Shown piece after piece: positions 1 to 12,000 of a stretch of DNA of 47,513 nucleotides. Position 1 is the stretch's first letter, and each line of letters opens with the position of its first letter. Source of the DNA: Intoshia linei (lineage: Eukaryota > Animalia > Orthonectida); assembly GCA_001642005.1 (NCBI GenBank), contig LWCA01000146.1:1-47513 (forward strand), given 5' to 3'. The notes beneath the pieces were generated by a model. The model worked only from the letters and a program-made list of their open reading frames with translations, was not told the origin of the DNA and made no database searches. Both the position numbers and the translations under genes were made by a program.

Positions 1-565
1 CAATACAGTTATCATGTTGAAACAAATTTTCAGCATAAACAAAAAAAATTGGAAAATAAATATAAAAGGCAGCAACGGCAATTAAAATTTGTTAGAGACC
101 GTTTTTTCCAACAACAACTAAATCGTTTTAAAAGTCAATATGTTACTTATAAACAATTGTCTCATGAACGTCGAGACAGACATTTGTATGGGTTGCCAGA
201 AGAATATGAACCACAAAATTACACCCCACTTAAACTCAACGCAATAAAGAAAAAGATTAATGTTAAATTTGATGTCAGCAATCTTAATTTTAAGTCAAAG
301 GGTTATTTTTGATTGTATAGTTATAATTTTACATTTAGAAAACAAAATTAAACCAGTTACTGAAAGTAATAAATCTCACTGGAATACCGTTAAGAGAAAA
401 TTAAGTGTTTCTAATCATGTCAATAATTTCGTTTCGATTAACAAAAAGAAAAATAAAAAAGACAATTTAACATCTATTATTCAAGAAGTTGATAATTATA
501 AAAATTTAAAGGAAGATACATTTGATGAAATCATAAACAAATATGGCCTTTTATTTGATAATTAA
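1..565 (+). CDS. 3' part of an unknown protein-coding gene (exons <1..301, 339..565)
   Basis: Frame open from base 1. A 37-nt GT..AG intron (302..338) joins ORF 49..312 to ORF 260..565 in frame (..FKSK-E-NKIKPV..). Stop TAA ends at 565. No recognisable domain. Confidence 0.7.
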
Positions 566-906
566 CATATTATATAAAATTTTTTATTTTGATTGTAATA
601 TTATAGGATTTTCAATATCATTTCAAGAAATTGTGTTTTTATAGGCTTGTTTTTCAAGATAAAAAAGATCTACATAATGTATATCGTTGTATAAAAATTT
701 TTGAAAATGTAGTTTAAGTTGATTCTGTCCATTTTGAGAATTTTCGAAAAGCAATCTTTTATATAATCATTAAAAAAATTTAATGAGCTCGTTTTGGTTT
801 ACGCATTATATAAATACATTTGTTAACCACGCATGTGGTGTATTTACGATAAATTAAATGTCCATATTTTTGAATATTTCGTTGTAAATGGTAGATTTAA
901 ACAATT

Positions 907-3900
907 TCAATTACTCCAAAAAAAATATTGCTTAAATTTGCTACTGTTCCAATAAAAAATGAAAAAATTACAGGCAAAATTAGAAATACTGACAAATCTA
1001 ACAAAAGCATAGGCTGTTTGAAAATTTAAGTGCCTGTTCCACATTTTATTTTTACGCAAATCGTGTAGTGAAATGCTGATTTCTTTGAAAGCAAAATTGT
1101 TGGAAATTAAATACATTAAGGTGGCTGGAAATGTTGCTAAAATTGTGAAAATGTTTAAAAAAACCAACATAATTATGACTCGTCGATTTGATTCGTTTTT
1201 TTTATTAATCGTTTTGTCCATTTTATAATTTCTATCATTTGATATCCTTCCCACGCTCTTATTGTTATTATTCGTTTGATCAAAACTCATTTTTTCTGTG
1301 TTTTTTAATTGGCTAAATGTAAATTAGAGCCTTGCAATTTGGTAATTGCCATGGTAGTTCCCACCTGGGCTAAGGGTCGTCCGGGAAAGCTTTTTTTATT
1401 ATTAATGGTTGGGTAAGGTTGAGTAAAAATCAAAAAATATTTAATTTACTTAAAGCTCATTTCCTGCATTGGTAAATTGACTAATTGTACAATTAACATG
1501 ATTGCTATATATGCCTACTGTCTTTTCTCGATTATAAAAAGTCTTCTTATATTCGATAGAAGGAAAAATGCTTATAATCAAAAACAAGCAGATTTTTAAG
1601 CAGACCTTGTAAAATATAAAAAATACACTAAACGTTTTTTTCTAATTACAATTAGATTGTAGTATAAACTTATAAATTAGACATTAGATTGAATGAAAAA
1701 AGTTATTTTTTAGAAATAAATTGATATGTTGTCTATATTTTGTTTAAAGTTCTTTCTTTCGAATACAAACAGAAACTGCTTATATTTAAATTTTATTTAG
1801 TTTAAAATTTCACTGAAATTTATATTTCAGGGGTCTGCTTATAATCGAGAAAAGACAATAGTGGTTAATACATCAAAAATGGGAGACAATATGGGTAATA
1901 ATGTACGCAACTGAACCTACCGTACCGAGACATCTATTCGACAAGTATGGTGCTCGACAAAATGTTTGTAAAATGGTGTCTCATTTTTCCAAATTGAGGA
2001 TTAAAAAAATTATATTCTTGAATATCATAATATGTATTGTATTATATGTGTGATACATTTTATATATCATTTCAAAAACCTTAGAGAGATCATTAAGGCT
2101 ATATGACACTATGCATAGTTTATAAAAAAATTTTTTGAGAGACTATTTTTCATTATTGAATGGCCTAGAACTGTGTAAGTCCGGCTCTGAGTGTACGGAT
2201 CATAATCAAATAAAAAATTGGGGGATTATGAACATCAATTAAAAATTTTTAAGGGTACAGGCGGGTAAGAATTATAGTATAAAATATAGGAATTTACAGG
2301 GAACTAATGTCAATAATGTTTTACTACTAGTTTCATTGTTATGTACTTTGTACATATTTTACATTATTATACATACTTATTATACATTATTAGCACATAG
2401 GTCTGCCGAAGGTTCACTTTATTGCTGTATTAAACTTAAAATTAAACAACTGTATTAGAAGCTTGTATTTTAAAACTCTACTTTATTTAATTTCTGAAAT
2501 TAATGGTTACAAACACACAGAAATACATTTTTAGATACATTACTTTATACAATTATGGATATTATTCAGCCGTTGCTAAATGCAGTTTCACGGAAAAATG
2601 TAGGAAAATTAATGGGCCTTATGTTTCCAAATTGAGCATTTAAAAATAAATTAAGTGGCTATACGTGTGTATTATTTTCCATTTTTTTTAAAGGGTTATA
2701 TTTTATTTTCAAGGGTGCGAGGAGAGCATGATAGGCTCGGCTCTGAGAGTCAATGAAAGTCAAAAAAAATGTGAATTTTACGTCTACACATTTCCAATAA
2801 AGGCATATAAGTGAAAATCTATATAATTCATTCCTTCGGATGTTTTTTGATTGCTAAGCAATTTTTAAATTTCAAATTTTCATTTTCAAAATATTTTTAT
2901 TAAAACCTTTCAAACTTTAATAAAAAACTACAACAACGAAACTAAAAAAACTTTCCTAATATCATGAAACAAATTTGGGAACCACTCCTTTAAAGGATTG
3001 ATAATAGTGAATAGTAGGATTTTTAAGTTACATTTTAAACATGACTTTATAGTTTTAGTATAATATAAATGTTCCCTCGGCGGAGTTACGTGCTGTTTGT
3101 ACGTAGTACATAACAGTCAAGCTAGTAATCTATAGAATACTATACGGTAGTAGAATTTAGTGGCGCACTATCAAAAGATCGTAAAAATATACTAATATTA
3201 AAATTTATAATTGAATTGAATAAAAAATATTCTCTGGTGTGAACACCATAGAATATTTTTAATTTTTTTTGTAATATGGGTTGTAGGTATAATATGGTAT
3301 CTTAATAATTCAGTTTTAACTTGGATCTGTGGATCTACGATCAAATATTATCATATACATTCAAATTAAAATATGTATTAAAATTAATATTAACTACAAT
3401 TATAAAATACGATCTTTTGATTTACGATCAAAAAACTACGATCATGTGATTTTACGATCATTTGAACGGACACAGAATATAGTCTATACATGTATTATAA
3501 ATAAATGTTAAATATTACATATTAGTTTTTCTGAAGAGCGAGATTAACGTTTTTCTTTTGCTGAATACTTGATTATACTTGCTATTTAACAATTTAATCT
3601 GTCGAATAAGACAAACATTGACCATCGAAATTATAATTGGAAATATTATGAAAGTAATAGTTTCTGATATCCAGGAATGGATATAAACAGAATTCAAGTA
3701 ACTTGATACGTTTACAACACAAAATTGATTTTTAATGACCCAAAAAGTAAACTGAGGTGACTGTAAAGCTGCAGCCAAAATACAAGCCACATTGCACATG
3801 ACCATATTACGCACAATTCGCTTATTGAGTAATTTTAAAATTGGGTTGGAAGATACGGTAAATAAGAATGGATGATTTATTTGTAGATACCTTTCAATAC

Positions 3901-4297
3901 TGTTTAACAAAATAATGAAAATGTTGTTGTGTTGAGTCATCATAAACAAAAATGAAAATGTCTTACAAATAAAAACTGTATTGAGTACGTTCCTTTCCCA
4001 AAAGTATTGAATTGAGAAAATGACATGTAAAATTAAAAAAATCACATCATTAATACACAAATACAAGTAAAATATTGCTGACGGATGATGCCGACTCATT
4101 TTAAACCATACTATAATTGAAAGAATGTTTCTACAATTTTATGTAATATACAAAAAAATATAAAATTACCCTGGAATTCCTAAAAGGTACCAAACTGGAA
4201 TAAAATATAAATTTATATAGCCGATTATGGGTCTTTCACTGACGTATAAAAATTCAAACGATGATAATAGTTCATTGGTACCGTTTATGAGTGACAT
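907..4297 (-). CDS. Rhodopsin-class (family A) GPCR, neuropeptide-receptor-like (FMRFamide/sex-peptide receptor type), 381 aa
   Basis: Exons 4297..4170, 4130..3519, 1312..907 sum to 1146 nt in frame. N-terminal NGT sequon. TM1 GIPG|N is split by a 39-nt intron. TM2 LCIND, TM3 CK...SIERY, TM7 SNFACNFFIFY, helix 8 SSKFKQ. The 2.2-kb intron lies in ICL3. Confidence 0.85.
1518..1858. mobile_element. Tc2/pogo-type MITE
   Basis: TA|CTGTCTTTTCTCGATTATAA ... TTATAATCGAGAAAAGACAA|TA: ~20-bp TIR with one terminal mismatch and TA on both sides. Confidence 0.75.
1908..2189. mobile_element. hAT-type MITE (family with GGCTATATGACACTA core)
   Basis: Flanked by aatgtacg (1900-1907) and agtgtacg (2190-2197), a 7/8 TSD. 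Ends ..CCGGCTCTG. Core shared with ~2590-2745, ~8370-8610, ~15430-15600, ~15700-15890 and 43664-43885. Confidence 0.65.
2327..2470 (-). mobile_element. Helitron-like element, 3' end fragment
   Basis: Reverse complement of the family 3' terminus (..CCTCGGCAGA..GTACATAACA..CTAG|T). Confidence 0.65.
2770..3125 (+). mobile_element. Helitron-like element, internally deleted 3' part
   Basis: Matches 12540-13168 and 22290-22446. Ends CTGTTTGTAC-GTA-GTACATAACAG (hairpin), then TCAAG CTAG|T at 3122-3126. Confidence 0.75.
3160..3475. repeat. Dispersed repeat/MITE with TACGATC subterminal repeats and an internal palindrome
   Basis: Reverse-complement copy at ~32650-32885. Imperfect TIR (TCAAAAGATCGTAAAA / TTTTACGATCATTTGA). 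Palindrome AATATTCT..GGTGT-GA-ACACC..AGAATATT at ~3227-3256. Confidence 0.65.
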
Positions 4298-5599
4298 TTC
4301 AGTTATAGTATTTTTTAATATGAATGTTGAATATTTTTAAATGATAAGTATCAAATAACATATTTTAACATTCTAATTATACATTGATTATGTATACACC
4401 CATATAAATTTTTTATCAATTAAAATATCAATATTATATTATGTATATTAGCACGCACTTTGTGGACATGTTTGATAACTAATCAATTTTACTAATTTAT
4501 TCATCCATCCACCACATGTTTATGTATTCTAATCATCATTACATTGTAGATGTTGCTAATTGTTGAATCAATAATTAATTATAAATTATATTATTTTATT
4601 GTTTCATGTATGCTTACGTTTTTTAAGTAATTGGCATAATTTTCTGACATCACTTTAATTTTAGACTAAAATTTAGTGAGAATAAATAATGCATTAAATT
4701 TTATTTAAATTGTTAAATATTAATAAAAAATGGTTTATTTAAATACATTACTAGTCAAGTCGTGCAGTATAGTGTTAAAAACCTGCGATGGTAATTTTTA
4801 GCTCAATAATGTCAATGTGATTTTAATTTTTATCGTAATAAACCCTTAGATATTTTGATTGTTTTTTTACATGAATATACAATTATACAAAAGCTGAAAA
4901 GCTAAATGTTAAAAATTTAAATACAAAAGTAAGAATAAACTAGCAGCTATCTATATGTAACTATATGTAGCTGCTATAGAATAATCACGCGTCTATCAAA
5001 AAGTGTGGTTTTATAATAAAAAGTATTCAAATGGAATGTTGACACTGTAATATTTGAATTGCATTGCATGTTTTAATTGATAAATATCATTAATCAATTA
5101 TTCATTTCAATCAATAATTAGTTGTTCCATTTTGTCAATTATAATTGGTTAATTATCAAATTAATTGAAAAATGATTAAAATGTGAAATTTTTCTAAATC
5201 ATGACTAAATTTTATTTATCAGTGACACAAATATTTTAAGTGAATCTTTTTTATCGATTCATTTCAAACACCAGTTTTATCTAGGACCACAAAATTTTTT
5301 CATGATTTGATCCATGTTTAAATAATAAATGATTTTATTTCAATGTAGATATTTATAAATTTACATATTAACTTAAAATTTTTATATATCTTTAATATTT
5401 CCTGTTTAATGGAATATATAATTCGAAAAATATAATCTAAAAAAATAGAAATATATACACTCTCGATATATTTATTATTGTTCTATTTACTATATTAAAG
5501 TCTTCAATAATAAGTAACTTCAACTAATATGGAAATTATAGTAAAAAGCATAATCATTGACCAGTGATCAAAATTTATTTTATATTTTATTTAACAAAA

Positions 5600-5880
5600 T
5601 ATAAATATCCAAGAAAATCAGGTGTATTTTTCATGTTATAAAACTTGAGCGGCGCATTTCAATCTTGATAAAAATTTTTTTTTTCCAATATTAAGTGCTT
5701 TTATACAAAACTACTCAAAATCTACCCAAAACATATTTTTAGTTTGATACCATGAAACACTAAAAATAAATATAACACAAAATATTTCGTGACATTTAAA
5801 TTTAATATTTTCGAAGGATTAAAAAAGCGGCCCAACGCAGAGCTAGCTATGGTTGTATAAAGTACATACAGTTAAGCTAA
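5600..5880 (+). mobile_element. Diverged Helitron-like 3' end (second subfamily)
   Basis: CCCAACGCAGAGCTAGCTATGGTTGTATAAAGTACATACAGTTAAG-CTAA|T resembles the family terminus and ends CTRR|T. Left boundary is approximate. Confidence 0.45.
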
Positions 5881-6076
5881 TATAAGATAAACGTAATTAA
5901 ACAATTTCTTAACATTACCTATTAATTTAGAATTGGACATTATCCCTTCTGCAGAGTGTAGCGATAAAGAAAACAAACAAATGAAAAATTCTTAACAAAA
6001 TAAAATATAAACATAAAATTTTACTGATTGGAATGCATAAAATAAACACTAGATAAACTAATTATATAAAACAAAT

Positions 6077-9000
6077 TTAAATTGGTTTTTCTTGACGTTT
6101 TCTTTTCATAAATGATGGAGTACGGAATCTCTTTTTTTTGGGTTTTTCACTATTATGTTTTTGTTTGGTTTCATTTGTCTAAATAAATAATTATAAATCA
6201 ATTAAAATGCACTCAACTAATAATTAAACAGATTATGTTACAACCATTAATTTAATTTCGAAATATTGACTATAAAATAAAATATAAACCACCCAAATGT
6301 TGCAAATTTTTAATCTAATCAATAGTCATAATAAAAAATATACTATATTATTTTCAAAATTTATAGATTTCCTAGGCTCTGTTCTAACACTGGACGATTT
6401 TACATTTCCAACTTCTTCATATGTATGATTACCTAAATAGCCAAATAAAAATAAAAAGTTAATAATAATAACCCATATACAAATAATAAACGAAAATAAA
6501 AAATTCTCACTTTTATTGTTGTTTTCTTCATTGGATATAAATACATCATTCGCTAAATGTGAAAATTAAACAACATAAATAGACAATTATCTAAATATTT
6601 ATAAAAAAATTACCTTTCAGAGAATCCTTTTTATTGCTCTCACTTATATCAAGTTTATAAAAGTCCAAGTCTTTATCCAATTGTTCATTAAATGGATTTT
6701 TATAAACTGTGTTTGTGTAAACTTCTGGGTTGTCTCTGTATTTACTTTGAATAAGTCCACGAGAAACTGATCCAATAGTACTATAATCTTGATTTTGAGA
6801 TATTTTGGTAGTGTGCATAATTTTTGATTCTGGGCCAGAATTTACATTTTCAGTATAATAATTATTTTTTATATTATTATGCATTTCTAAAAATTCTTCA
6901 GGGTTCTTTCCCTGTGGTGCAAACTGGTTCGGTTTATCGTTTGGAACTTGAACAACAGTAGTTTCTTCATCAGTTTTGGTCCACTGCGCAGAGTGACCAG
7001 GTATAGCCGTTTTTTTTTTAATTTTATCATATGCATTAGGTGAAGCCATCCAATTTCGTTTTATGTAGTTATTTCTAAAAAGTTAATGAACGTAGTGAAA
7101 TTATTACAACACTAAAAATTACCATAATAAAATTTAGTTATTATCATTATATTTCTAACCATTATAATCCGATATCAATAAATTAAAAATTACTTGTCCT
7201 TAATTATACTTTTATCAACAGATTCATTAAATGAAATGGATGCTGGCGGTATACTAACATCGCAAATTGATTTATTTTGATTAGATGCATAATTAGTTCG
7301 CATAATGTAAGGATATCCGGTTCTGTAACCCTATTAAAATAAATTATAGAATTAGTCATGCATACTAAATCATCTAATCTTTTCATTAAACTTTCAAATT
7401 CAAAATCAAATTTACTGATACGTAGTTTTCGATTAACTAAACATTCATTAATACAATTAACATTAAATAAACTTGACACATTGCTACCATTTGCATCAGC
7501 ATTCTCAAGATTGGAATTTATCAATTCAACATAAGTATCGTTAAAAACATTGCTCCCTCCCTTTACATTAACCATGCCGTCGGTAAGATTTTTATATACA
7601 TAATCACTGGTACCAAAATCGTGAATAGCAATATTATCTGCTGTCGTTTGGTCAATTAATTTTAAATTTGATGAAATTTTATCAAATGGCAAAGCCTTGA
7701 CTTGCACTTGGCAAGCCACCATTAATCTTTTTAGAATATAAAACGTTTTTTCAATAGAAGAGGCAAAAACTAACAAACCATCATTTTTTATGAAACATGC
7801 GTTTGTGTTGGATCCAATTTGTTGGTTAAATCTATCCAGTGATTCCTGCTCTTTATCCAAAACGGTTAATAAAGAATCCACATAAGATATATTGACAACA
7901 CAGGCATATCTACATAATGGTTTTAATCCACATTTTAAGGCAGATATTAGCAGAGTTTCGTCTGTTCTGACGTGAATTACACATTTAATGTCGGGTCGAC
8001 AAGAGTAAAAAATTGAATGTAGAAAAAAACTATTATCTTCTATTGCTAAATGGTTTAAACCTGTGTTTGAATTAGATTCATCCACCACCTTACCTTGTCT
8101 GTTTATCTAAATAATTTTTTATATATTTTAGTATTTAGATTCTAGAATACAGCTAATGTCAATAACAAATCAACAATACATGTGCTTTGATACAGATTAA
8201 TTTATGATATAAACTTAAATTTTCTCATTGAAATATTTTTCTAAATTATTGCTACCGATAGAATCAATATTAGTAAATAAAAACAAATTAATAAATAAAT
8301 ATCATTCAAATATGGCCAATGGCCATGTGCGTGAAAAGGATTCCACCTCTGATATACTATCTGTCGAATCTACCTTATCTCGAGAGGTTTTCAACTTTTC
8401 GTAAAATTGAGGCGTCATTGTTCCAAATTGAACATAAAAAAATTATATTCGTAAATATCATAACTATTTTATGTTTTAAATATGAAATACCAAGTCAAGG
8501 TCCTTCGAGGTTACTATGGCTATATGACACTACCCAACATTTGAGAAAATTTTTTGGAGGTTTATTTTATTTTATTTTCGAGGCCTCGAGCTTATTAAGT
8601 TTGGTTACGTACTTTATAAATACATTTTTTTGATTTATTCATATATAACAATCATTACTTAAAAAAATGACAAGTTACACATTTCAGATATTAATAACCT
8701 TTCACCTTTTTTTAGATACATCAATATTTTTGTTATTAAAAATGACACTTCTTGCATAGATTTAATAAAATCTATACAAATGGATTTTCGATAATTTTTG
8801 TTGTCTATAAATTTTATAATCTCGCAATGTATTTATTTTGTTGACATCATTTCCACTTAACTATATGTAAAATTTTACCTTAAACAAGGATTTTGCTGAA
8901 ACACTATGACAAAATTCATTAGATGATCTAATCAAAAATTCTTCTTTTTCAAAGTTGATTCGTGCCTTAAAATAAATAATTACTAATAGAATTTGAATAT

Positions 9001-12000
9001 ATTAATACACATTATTATCATAATTATTATACTTATAAACATAATGGATATTCAAACAATGGAAAAAACATTTCTTATAAAAAATTAAATTTACATATTG
9101 TATAATAAATATAATTTAAAAAATACAGTTGCATGTGAATCTATGTCGCTATTCCAGCCATATAAATAAAGCAAACGATACACGGAGGCTAGTTTAGCAC
9201 GGGTGATTTTTTCGAATTTTGTAAATTCATTTTCCATTGGGCGTACATCATAAATGATTTTTTTGTCGTCTAAAAAAATTAATCAATAGTGGTATCAAAT
9301 TTAAATAATTAACATTAGATAGCAAATATAAATTAGACAACATATTTGATTTTAATGATCAAATTCACTATTAGAGTATGTGCTAGTATCAGACCGCACT
9401 AAGAAGCATTAGAACCTATAGCTTAGTGTATAAATAAAAAAAACCAACAGTCGATGAGAATGTGGTAGGATTCAAATAAAAAAAATTATATTAATACACA
9501 TCATGGTTTCTCAAACTCTGGGACGTCTCAAGTATAGAAGTGTGTAGTTAAATTAAATAGAATTTTTTATCAATTCAAATCAATTTATCAGATGTTATGA
9601 GATCTACGAGAAAGTTTAGATAAGCTTCATTTGACAAAACATTGAAAAAAATAATAAACGGACATTTATTTCATCTATATGTTCTGCCGAGGGCTAATGA
9701 TTAAATTTCTGGCATCAGAATGTAATTGAATATTATAAAATTTAAATTCCCATCTTTACTACATGTACAATATAATTAAAAATATGGAAATAAATCTCAA
9801 TATAATAATGATAAAGCTATATAAATGTATTGCATGTGACTAAAAATTTTGTATTTTCATACAAATTATTATATCAAAAATTCTAATACAGTTTTTCACG
9901 GATCAGGTTTATTATAAACTTAATATAAACTTTATATCTAAGATTAATTTTCTAAAATTGAATCCTTCAGTTTCAAAAAACAAATTTTCCTTTTTTTAAG
10001 TACAAATTACATCTAGAAAAATAAGGTAATTTAGTTAAAATTGTACATTTCTATTTAGTAAATGTATAAAATAAAATCATTGCTTTTTGAGCATGAGTAG
10101 GGTCTTTGTAACAAACGAAACCAAATTTTTTGGAATCCATACTGTTACTAATGCAAATTTTACATGAAAAAATCTCACCATAGGCAGAAAATGCTTTACT
10201 TAAATCTTCCTGTTTCCAACTAGCTGGAAAATTTTCGAAGTACACATTATTAAATCCTCTAATATTCGTTTAGACCTAGGTATAAATTCCATGACTTCAA
10301 CGGGTTTAGTATCCTTGGTCAATCTCGTTCCATTTAATCGTATCATTGCTGTATAGCATGGTCCAAATTGCTGAAATGTACAAAAGCGTAACCTTTCGAT
10401 ACACCATGTTCGTCGCATACAACCTTGCAAGACATGATTGGTCCAAAATGAGAAAATGTCTGAAATAATGTTTTTTGATCGACAATTTTATCCAAATTTT
10501 TAATGAAAATGTTACCGACACCATTTTTTCGTATGGAAGGATCTCGAAAAGACCACATGATTCTCATACTTTTTTTTTTAAGCGTTTCATAATTCAAATT
10601 GTGCATTGCTTTCAGAGCGCAATTTTTATCCATAAAGTTTATATTAGCATAATTTCCACTTCTAGTACCATTAGCATGACTGACTAATCTAACAGACGAC
10701 AAATCATCGACATATAAACTATTGCAACCTTCAAGGTTAAAAGGCTTATGTTCAGTGGAAGCTGATTGATACATTTTTTCTTTTTTCTTTTTTCTTTTTT
10801 CTTTTTTCTTTTTTCTTTTTTCTTTTTTCTTTTTTCTTTTCTATTTTCTTTTTCTTTTATATTTTTTTGAATTTTAAAATTTATATGAAAATTATGTACA
10901 ATAAACGTAAATAAAATAAAATGAAATTAGCATATGTTAAAAATAAAGGTGAAATTAAATCAAGTCCAGATTATTTAAGAAAGTATTAGTCGAGTTTTAA
11001 AATTTCCATATTTCTATTACAGTTTTTCGAGAGTGATGTTTCATCGCCAATTTCATTTTGATAAATTGAGTCCTTCAAAGTCAAAAACCCCAATTATCTT
11101 TTTTTTTAAAAATCAAACGAATCATAGAATTCTAAAAAATACTCAATCAGATAATGATTTTAAAATCATCAAAATTATGATAATTTATAATTTTTAAAAT
11201 CTTATATCTTCACAGCCAAAACCCAAAATTACCTTTTTGGAAAAATTTAAAAATGTTAATTTTCACGATCGAAACCCCAGATTATTTTTTTAAAAAATGA
11301 AAACAGTTCTAAAATTTAAAAAAAAAATTAGAGATGATACAGTTATATTCAGTTAACATAGTGATTGTGATTTCCCGGGAAATGACAAAAGTCGAGAACC
11401 GGAAAATTAAAAATTACATATATAAATAATATAAATAAAAAATTTTTATTCATATATAATATAGAAGCATTAAAAATTTTAGAGACTTTAATAAATTTTA
11501 TAAACACAAAAAAATTTAAGAATTAATGAAATAACACGAATCTAGATTGAAATTTATAAATTAAATTGTTAATTAGAAAAAAATTTATTTATTTTAGAGT
11601 GTTAAAAAAGTTTTTCAAAACGCACATAATATTGATAGATTATTCTTTTAAACGCGGTTTACGTTTTGTTAAGAAATTAGAAGCAGTAGAAAAATTTCTT
11701 TCATTTTGTGTTGACGTAAGTTTAACGGTCATAAGGGCTTCCTTTAATTTTAACAATCTTGATGATAGCGTTCCAGTTCGTAATAACTCATAATATTTTT
11801 CAAAATAATATTGGATAAAGAGGGTAATTCCCTTAAGTGTTAGTAATTTGTGATTAGAATAATAGGTTTTTAAAAAAAAAAGTATTGGAATAATGATATT
11901 TTTGCATTAAAGGCTGGAAAATTAGATTTTTTATTTGTGGTTTAAAGGGGATTTCTTTCATAAGATTTCGTAAAATCGGATTTTTGAAAAAAATATCGGT

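Noticed and set aside
844-909. Stop-codon readthrough or alternative genetic code at the GPCR TGA
   Set aside because: The extension is only ~20 codons with no motif, and all other genes translate cleanly with the standard code.
3329-3511. Short ORFs 3329..3511, 32651..32845 and 45184..45387
   Set aside because: They fall within non-coding repeats or MITEs and have low-complexity translations.
8319-8633. 104-aa plus-strand ORF
   Set aside because: Coincides with a MITE copy inside an adducin intron and has no protein features.
10051-10774. PABP expressed by programmed frameshifting or micro-introns
   Set aside because: No slippery sites or GT-AG pairs restore the frame, and the RRM1 deletion plus loss of RRM4/MLLE indicate decay.
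11566-11793. 75-aa plus-strand ORF
   Set aside because: Antisense shadow of the hATC remnant on the minus strand.
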